A DNA stretch of 32,000 nucleotides, taken from NCBI GenBank assembly GCA_019637175.1, contig JAHBWD010000035.1, positions 5,341 to 37,340 of the forward strand, read 5' to 3'. The notes under the pieces were generated by a model. The model was not told the origin of the DNA. It searched no databases and saw nothing but the letters and a program-made list of their open reading frames with translations. The position numbers and the translations under genes were made by a program. Below, in pieces: positions 18,549 through 23,665 of this stretch. The stretch is from Labilithrix sp. GTDB taxonomy: Bacteria; Myxococcota_A; Polyangia; Polyangiales; Polyangiaceae. The first letter of the stretch is position 1. The number at the start of each line of letters is the position of its first letter.

Positions 18549-18631
18549 GGAAGGTACATCCGCGAGGCGCGGAGATCGCCTGGAACGCGATTCGCACCGC
18601 CAGGTGCGAGGTTCGAGTCCTCTGCCTTCCT
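18549..18631 (+). tRNA. tRNA-Ser(GGA), class II
   Basis: Acceptor ggaaggt/gccttcc. Anticodon stem atcgc/gcgat, loop ctGGAac. Variable arm cacc-gcca-ggtg. T-loop ttcgagt. Confidence 0.7.
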
Positions 18632-18656
18632 CTGCTCTCGACTGCATCCTCGAAAC

Positions 18657-18741
18657 GGAAGAGAAACTGGCTGGGAGCCAGGACTGCCTCGAAAGCAGTA
18701 CGCACCTTCACGGGTGTGGGGTTCGAGACCTCTCTCTTCCT
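18657..18741 (+). tRNA. tRNA-Ser(CGA), class II
   Basis: Acceptor ggaagag/ctcttcc. D stem ctgg/ccag. Anticodon stem actgc/gcagt, loop ctCGAaa. Long variable arm. T-loop ttcgaga. Confidence 0.7.
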
Positions 18742-18758
18742 CTCTCGCCTCTCTTTTT

Positions 18759-18831
18759 CTCCTTGCTGGTGGCTCCAGGCATTGGTCTACGAAGCCGATT
18801 TTCCCAGGTTCGATTCCTGGCAGGGAGACCA
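18759..18831 (+). pseudogene. degenerate tRNA-like element (anticodon arm not foldable)
   Basis: Good acceptor ctccttg/cagggag, T-arm ccagg-ttcgatt-cctgg and CCA. The anticodon arm pairs poorly and the variable region is only 2-3 nt. Confidence 0.4.
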
Positions 18832-18838
18832 ACGATTT

Positions 18839-18973
18839 CGATCGCCCATCCCGAACGTGCCTACAAGCAACCGTCCTGAAAAGACGGGGAACACGAAACG
18901 TCCGAGCCCTCGAAGCGTCGAGCGCTCCGACGTTTCGTGATCCCTCCCAACGCACGATCGACTCGGGCGATCG
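18839..18973 (+). ncRNA. structured module C (box-containing, no T-arm)
   Basis: 9-bp closing stem cgatcgccc/gggcgatcg. atcccgaac plus box cctacaagcaa. Anticodon-arm-like hairpin ccgtc-ctgaaaa-gacgg. A 15-bp hairpin at 18892-18939. Confidence 0.45.
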
Positions 18974-18980
18974 CAAAAAT

Positions 18981-19053
18981 ACCTTCGTCCTGGCGGAATC
19001 CAGGCGCGAGCCTCCGAAGCTCGTTGCTCCCGGTTCGACTCCGGGCGGAGGTG
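18981..19053 (+). tRNA. tRNA-Arg(CCG)
   Basis: Acceptor accttcg/cggaggt. D stem ctgg/ccag with a 6-nt loop. Anticodon stem cgagc/gctcg, loop ctCCGaa. T-loop ttcgact. Confidence 0.7.
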
Positions 19054-19057
19054 CTGA

Positions 19058-19132
19058 CGCAGCGTGGGGGAGGAGCGACCCCGCGAGGTTCATGTCCTCG
19101 AGACGCCGGTGCGACTCCGGCCGCTGCTACCA
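19058..19132 (+). tRNA. tRNA-Met(CAT), 1-72 mismatch (initiator-like?)
   Basis: Acceptor cgcagcg/cgctgct with C1 opposite U72. D stem gggg/cccc. Anticodon stem cgagg/cctcg, loop ttCATgt. T-loop tgcgact (G55). CCA encoded. Confidence 0.65.
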
Positions 19133-19134
19133 AG

Positions 19135-19262
19135 GTCATCCAAATACGCCGAGCCTACACGCAACTTGATTCGTCCAATGGATAGGACATCAGCCTCCTA
19201 AGCTGAGCGTCTGGGTTCGAGTCCCAGATCAACCCCCCTCGCGCTCGTCGATCTCGGATGAC
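19135..19262 (+). ncRNA. structured module D: box plus normal-order tRNA-Arg(CCT)-like core (candidate Y RNA)
   Basis: Perfect 7-bp closing stem gtcatcc/ggatgac. Box cctacacgcaa abuts position 3 of a tRNA-like core at 19164-19235 (D stem gtcc/ggac, loop ctCCTaa, T-arm ctggg-ttcgagt-cccag). The core retains only 5 acceptor base pairs. Confidence 0.5.
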
Positions 19263-19270
19263 CTTCCTAT

Positions 19271-19347
19271 GTTTCCGTCGTCTAGACGGCCAAGGACACC
19301 CGCCTCTCAAGTGGGTAACACGGGTTCGAATCCCGTCGGAAACGCCA
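19271..19347 (+). tRNA. tRNA-Glu(CTC)
   Basis: Acceptor gtttccg/cggaaac. Anticodon stem cccgc/gtggg, loop ctCTCaa. T-loop ttcgaat. CCA encoded. Confidence 0.8.
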
Positions 19348-19392
19348 AACCCCAACATCCACGCCCACCACTGGCCCAGAAAGGAGAGAACC

Positions 19393-20982
19393 ATGGCAAA
19401 CAAGCAGCTATTCGCGAGCCCGCGACCGGACGCCGTCAACGAAGCCGGCGGCTTGGCCTACGCGTTCTCTCCCGAGCACGCGCTCGCCCAGTACGCCGCG
19501 ACCGGCACGTTCCACGGGACGTTCTACGCCAGCGACAAAGAGCAGCTCGATCGCGTGTCCGCGTTTGCCAGCGCGTGCTCGCCCGAGCTCGTCGCCAAGA
19601 CCGCCGTCTACTGTCGCGAGCGCGGCAGGATGAAGGACATGCCGGCGTTCCTCGTCGCCCACCTCGCGGCCCGCGACACCGCGATGATGAGCCGGGTGTT
19701 CGCTCGGGTCATCGACGACGGCGTCATGCTCCGCAACTTCGTGCAGATCGTCCGCTCGGGCGTCACCGGCCGAAAGTCGTTCGGCTCGGCCCCCAAGCGC
19801 GCGCTCCGTGCGTGGTTCGCGAGCCGCTCGCCCGACGCGATTTTTCGTCAGTCCATCGGTCAGAGCCCGTCCATGTCGGACGTCATCAAGATGGTTCGCC
19901 CTCCCCCGCGGAACGACAAGGGCGAAGCCGATGCCGTTCGTGAGGCCCTCTACGGCTACCTCATCGGAAAGAACGTGGATCCGGACAAGCTCCCCGCGCT
20001 CGCGCGCGCCTTCGAGGCGTGGAAGCGCAGGACCGGCGGCCTGCCCGACGTGCCCTTCGAGATGCTCACCTCGCTCCCCTTGAGCGCGGAAGACTGGAAG
20101 GCGCTCGCGCGTCGGATGACGACGAATCAGCTCCGGATCAACCTCAACACGCTCCTCCGTCACGGCGTCCTCGACGACCCCGAGATGGTGGACTCCGTGG
20201 CGGCCCGCCTGTCGGACCGCGAGGCGATCCTCCGGGCGCGCATGATGCCGTTCCAGCTCCTCGCCGCGTATCGCGGCGTCGAGGCGCGGATGCCGACGCG
20301 CATCGTCACGGCGATCGCGACGGCGCTCGAGCACGCGGTGTCGAACGTCCCCGAGCTCGTCGGGCGCGTCGTGCTCTGCCCCGACGTGTCGGGATCGATG
20401 CAGTCGCCCGTGACGGGTCACCGCGGGAGCGCGACCACGAAGGTGCGCTGCGTCGACGTCGCGGCCCTCGTGACCGCGGCGATCCTCCGGAAGAACCCGG
20501 GCTCGTCGGTCATTCCGTTCTCCGACGACGTGGTCCCGATGACGAAGCCTCTCGATCCGGGCGGCTCGATCGTCGAGAACGCGGAGATCCTCGCGAGCCT
20601 CCCGAGCGGCGGCACCGCTTGCTCGGCGCCGCTCCGCTGGCTCAACGCGAACGGGAACGCGCCCGACGTCGTCGTCTTCGTCTCGGACAACCAGTCGTGG
20701 TCGGACTTCCGACACCCTTCGCGATCCGCCACGAGCGGCACCGCGATGGCGGAGGAGTGGCAACGCCTTCGGGGCAGGAACCCGAACGCCAAGCTGATCC
20801 TCGTCGACGTCCAGCCCTACGGCACGACGCAGAGCACCTCGCGCGACGCCAAGGGCGAGCGCGACGACGTGCTCGACGTCGGCGGGTTCTCCGACGCGGT
20901 CTTCGACGTCGTCGCGTCGTTCACGCGCGGCGAGCTCGGCGGAGACACGTGGCTTCGCGCGATCGAATCGATCGCGCTCTAG
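19393..20982 (+). CDS. rsr: Ro60-related TROVE-domain / vWA protein (Rsr)
   Basis: 529 aa from MANKQLFAS. The N-terminus is TROVE-like (NEAGGLAYAFSPEHALAQYAATGTFHGTFY). C-terminal vWA MIDAS motif CPDVSGSM. AAGGAGAG Shine-Dalgarno at 19381-19388. Confidence 0.85.
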   Translation: MANKQLFASPRPDAVNEAGGLAYAFSPEHALAQYAATGTFHGTFYASDKEQLDRVSAFASACSPELVAKTAVYCRERGRMKDMPAFLVAHLAARDTAMMSRVFARVIDDGVMLRNFVQIVRSGVTGRKSFGSAPKRALRAWFASRSPDAIFRQSIGQSPSMSDVIKMVRPPPRNDKGEADAVREALYGYLIGKNVDPDKLPALARAFEAWKRRTGGLPDVPFEMLTSLPLSAEDWKALARRMTTNQLRINLNTLLRHGVLDDPEMVDSVAARLSDREAILRARMMPFQLLAAYRGVEARMPTRIVTAIATALEHAVSNVPELVGRVVLCPDVSGSMQSPVTGHRGSATTKVRCVDVAALVTAAILRKNPGSSVIPFSDDVVPMTKPLDPGGSIVENAEILASLPSGGTACSAPLRWLNANGNAPDVVVFVSDNQSWSDFRHPSRSATSGTAMAEEWQRLRGRNPNAKLILVDVQPYGTTQSTSRDAKGERDDVLDVGGFSDAVFDVVASFTRGELGGDTWLRAIESIAL

Positions 20983-21061
20983 CGATCGAGACAACGCGGC
21001 AAATGCCCGCGAGGGTTACATCCTCGGGAAAACCACCTTCGCGACCTTCGTTGCCGCCCTT

Positions 21062-21117
21062 GCTCCTCCTCACGAAAGGTCTTCACGGGAGCTCATTGAG
21101 GAGGAGCCATTCTTTTT
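21062..21117 (+). terminator. hairpin plus T-run downstream of rsr
   Basis: 11-bp stem gctcctcctca/tgaggaggagc with a 24-nt loop, followed by cattcttttt. The next tRNA starts 2 nt later. Confidence 0.6.
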
Positions 21118-21118
21118 C

Positions 21119-21191
21119 GCCGTCCACGCCCAGAGAGCGGGGCACCTCACTGGTAGCGAGGACAAGGAGGGTGCGAGTCCCTCGGACGGCT
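21119..21191 (+). tRNA. tRNA-Thr(GGT)
   Basis: Acceptor gccgtcc/ggacggc. D stem gccc/gggc with loop agagagcg. Loop ctGGTag. T-loop tgcgagt (G55). Confidence 0.7.
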
Positions 21192-21202
21192 CGAATCGTT
21201 TT

Positions 21203-21276
21203 GCGGTGATAGTTCAAGAGTAGAACCTGAGCACGCCACGCTCGAAATCCGGGTGCGATTCCCGGTCACCGCTCCA
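21203..21276 (+). tRNA. tRNA-Gly(GCC) with C33 and G55
   Basis: Acceptor gcggtga/tcaccgc. D stem gttc/gaac with loop aagagta. Anticodon stem tgagc/gctcg, loop acGCCac. T-loop tgcgatt. U73 and CCA present. Confidence 0.65.
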
Positions 21277-21339
21277 GCGCCGAGTCCCCTGCCGTTCACC
21301 GGAGAAGGTGTCGTCGGGGGGCCACGCGCTTCCACTCTT

Positions 21340-21412
21340 CGCTGCGCTCCTGGGCAGGACGACGGGCTTCATATGCCTGCGCGCGACGGCTCGACTCCGT
21401 CCGCAGCGACCA
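21340..21412 (+). tRNA. tRNA-Met/Ile2(CAT), aberrant D-arm
   Basis: Acceptor cgctgcg/cgcagcg. Anticodon stem cgggc/gcctg, loop ttCATat. T-loop ctcgact (C54). CCA encoded. The D region is only 14 nt. Confidence 0.55.
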
Positions 21413-21418
21413 CGACAT

Positions 21419-21490
21419 ACCGGAGTGTTCCAAGGGCAGGATCGGCGGCTTTGAACCGCTCGAGTGGGGGTTCGAATCCCTCCTCCGGTG
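21419..21490 (+). tRNA. tRNA-Gln(TTG)
   Basis: Acceptor accggag/ctccggt. Anticodon stem ggcgg/ccgct, loop ctTTGaa. T-loop ttcgaat. Confidence 0.75.
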
Positions 21491-21497
21491 CGAACGC

Positions 21498-21573
21498 GCG
21501 GGGCGCGCCGTCTGGCGACGGCATCTGCATCACAAGCAGCGCAAGGAGAGTTCGATCCTCTCGCCCCGTACCA
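21498..21573 (+). tRNA. tRNA-Val(CAC)
   Basis: Acceptor gcggggc/gccccgt. D stem gccg/cggc. Loop atCACaa. T-loop ttcgatc. CCA encoded. Confidence 0.75.
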
Positions 21574-21595
21574 CGAATGGAAGATTGGTCTTCGA

Positions 21596-21671
21596 GTCGA
21601 CGTAGCCCAACGGCAGAGGCAGCACGCTCAAACCGTGCGTGATGGGGGTTCGAATCCCTCGGTCGACACCA
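21596..21671 (+). tRNA. class-I (short variable loop) tRNA with Leu anticodon CAA
   Basis: Acceptor gtcgacg/ggtcgac (7-66 mismatch). D-arm gcccaacggcagaggc. Anticodon stem gcacg/cgtgc, loop ctCAAac. 5-nt variable loop. T-loop ttcgaat. A73 and CCA present. Confidence 0.55.
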
Positions 21672-21813
21672 TGGGTTCGAATCCCATGAAGCACCTCGCG
21701 AGGACGCCGGCGCGTCACGCGGAAGCCTCGAGCAGCGGCCTGTTACGCCGCACACGCTCGAGGGCCTTCTCCGCGCGACGTCCGCTCGTCGTTTCCGCAG
21801 CGAGATCCGCTTG

Positions 21814-21956
21814 CTGGTTGCCAGTCGCGCGACTGAAACTCGTGCACGTGTTTGACGCAGGTTCGAATCCTGTCGCCCGCACCGCTCGCTCGCGCGAGCC
21901 CTCCGAAATCATGCGGGCGTAGCTCAGCTAGGTAGAGCAACAGACTGTTAATCTGA
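21814..21956 (+). ncRNA. module E: third permuted tRNA-like locus
   Basis: The order is: hairpin cgcga-ctgaaac-tcgtg; T-arm gcagg-ttcgaat-cctgt; 3' strand cgcccgc; 32-nt cap; perfectly complementary 5' strand gcgggcg; D-arm gctc/gagc; hairpin acaga-ctgttaa-tctga. Confidence 0.4.
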
Positions 21957-22215
21957 AAACGAAGTCGGCGAAGGAAGTCACCCCCCTCTCGAGAGAGAGG
22001 CGCGCTCCCGTCCCGCGATCGAAGCCGCCCTGCCGCAGCTCCGCGGTCGTCCCTCGAAGACCACCGCGAAGCGCCGGCCGACGCCCCTCGATCGCTCGCC
22101 GGCGAGCACGTCGCCCGAACGTGATGGCTTCGAGGCGTTCACGTTCTTGGGTGCCTTCCTTCGAAGGCTCTCCTCCTTCTCTTCTCTTCTCATCTCCTCC
22201 AAGAGGCCACCCACC

Positions 22216-23352
22216 ATGATGAAGATTCTGTTCGTGGATCTCGACGAGCGCGTCGTGGTCCTCCGTCGTGGCCTCCCGGTTCGTGCCCTCGGACCTGGTC
22301 GCCACATCCTGTGGGGCTTCGGCATCACCGAGCGTCGGTGGTCGACCGCGCCCCTCGTGTTCGAGATGCAGCCCGCGCTCCGCGCCGCGCTGCCGCCCGA
22401 CTCTTTCCACGAGATCACGCTCACGCCGAGCGAGCGCGCGATCCTCTGGCGCGACGGCCGTCCCAAGGTCTTCCTCGGCCCCGGCGTCCACCGGTACTGG
22501 GAGGTCGACGACCCGCTCCACGCGCAGGTCATGTCGGTCCACGACGAGATGCCCGAGCTCTCCGCCGAGCTCGCGTCGATCATCCCGCGCGACCAGTACG
22601 TCGAGGTCACCGTGCAAGAGCACCAGCGCGGCCTCCTCCACGTGAAGGGCAAGCTCGCCCGGACGCTCGCGCCCGGTCGCTACACCTTCTGGTCGACGCG
22701 CGAGTCGCCCGTCGCCGTCCAGAGCGTCGACATGCGCGTCGTGCAAGCCACGATCGCGGGCCAGGAGCTCATGACCAAGGACAAGGTCACGCTCCGGCTC
22801 ACCCTCACGGTCGAGTACGCCGTCGAGGATCCGGCCGTCGCCACCCACGCGGTGGAGAACGTCCGCGACGCGATCTACCTGCTCGTCCAGCTCGCCAGCC
22901 GCGAGTTCGTCGCCGGCGTGACGCTCGACGACCTGCTCGCCGGCCGCGACGCGATGACGAAGTACCTCGAGGACGACGTCGCTGGAAAGGCGCGTCGCTT
23001 CGGCGTGCGCGTCGAGCGCGTCGGCGTGAAGGACGTCGTGCTCCCGGGCGAGATGAAGACGCTCCTCAACAAGGTCATCGAGGCCGAGAAGGAAGCGGCC
23101 GCGAACGTCATCCTCCGTCGTGAGGAGACGGCCGCGACGCGCTCTCTGGCGAACACCGCCAAGCTCATGGCCGAGCAGCCGCTGCTCCTGCGGCTGAAGG
23201 AGCTCGACTCGCTCAAGGAGATGGCGGCGAAGATCCACGAGATCAAGCTCGTGGCCTTCGCTCCGGGCATGAACGCGTCGGGCATGAACGCGCTCGTGCC
23301 CTCGGGCTTCCTCGGCCCTGGCCCGGAGGCCTCCTCCAAGGGAGAGGCGTGA
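22216..23352 (+). CDS. SPFH/band-7 (slipin-like) domain protein
   Basis: 378 aa from MMKILFVDL. Central SPFH pattern (TKDKVTLRLTLTVEY...GVRVERVGVKDVVLP) followed by a coiled-coil-like tail. AAGAGG lies upstream. Confidence 0.8.
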   Translation: MMKILFVDLDERVVVLRRGLPVRALGPGRHILWGFGITERRWSTAPLVFEMQPALRAALPPDSFHEITLTPSERAILWRDGRPKVFLGPGVHRYWEVDDPLHAQVMSVHDEMPELSAELASIIPRDQYVEVTVQEHQRGLLHVKGKLARTLAPGRYTFWSTRESPVAVQSVDMRVVQATIAGQELMTKDKVTLRLTLTVEYAVEDPAVATHAVENVRDAIYLLVQLASREFVAGVTLDDLLAGRDAMTKYLEDDVAGKARRFGVRVERVGVKDVVLPGEMKTLLNKVIEAEKEAAANVILRREETAATRSLANTAKLMAEQPLLLRLKELDSLKEMAAKIHEIKLVAFAPGMNASGMNALVPSGFLGPGPEASSKGEA

Positions 23353-23362
23353 CACGTGAACG

Positions 23363-23399
23363 GCCGGGATCTTCTGAAAAGAAAATCCCGGCGTTCTTT
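23363..23399 (+). terminator. hairpin plus T-rich tail after the SPFH gene
   Basis: gccgggat...atcccggc stem followed by gttcttt. Confidence 0.55.
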
Positions 23400-23533
23400 G
23401 GAAGTCAGACCGCAGAGGTTGCGGGCCCGGTTGCTACCCGGTGCGTACCCGAGTCGTTCGGGTATGGCGTTCGAGTCGCCTGATTTCCGCTCGATTTCGA
23501 CGTTCGGCGCCAAGTCTTCGGAGACGCTCGACT

Positions 23534-23621
23534 GGATCGGACGCGGTACTGGCTGGCCGCACGTGGCTGTAACCCACGTTCTTTCACGACACTGGGGGTT
23601 CGAATCCCTCCCGATCCACCA
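23534..23621 (+). tRNA. tRNA-Tyr(GTA), class II
   Basis: Acceptor ggatcgg/ccgatcc. D stem gcgg/ccgc. Anticodon stem cgtgg/ccacg, loop ctGTAac. Long variable region. T-loop ttcgaat. A73 and CCA present. Confidence 0.85.
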
Positions 23622-23665
23622 CACAATTTAGGTCCGAGGGCCCCTGGCGGATTACACTCGACGCC

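Noticed and set aside
14201-19439. ORFs inside the tRNA array (e.g. 14201..14767, 15047..15556, 15580..16110, 16250..16888, 16570..17046, 16914..17315, 18536..19093, 19155..19439)
   Set aside because: They run through tRNA genes and hairpin spacers. They have no Shine-Dalgarno sequence and no recognisable motifs. Only 16589..16792, 17844..18377, 19393..20982 and 22216..23352 look coding.
19408-23355. Antisense or alternative-frame ORFs over rsr and the SPFH gene (19408..20994-, 20019..21209+, 21928..23355-, 22311..23123+)
   Set aside because: These are shadow ORFs opposite well-supported TROVE/vWA and SPFH coding frames.
23400-23621. Possible tmRNA (ssrA), suggested by the terminal ggggttcgaatccctc...cca
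   Set aside because: The 3' 88 nt fold as a complete class-II tRNA-Tyr(GTA). There is no GGGG...-type tmRNA 5' acceptor partner, tag reading frame or pseudoknot region upstream.
14758-23621. Calling the array a prophage or integrative element
   Set aside because: No integrase, recombinase, capsid or terminase genes are present in the window, and no flanking direct repeats. An origin by horizontal transfer remains only a hypothesis.
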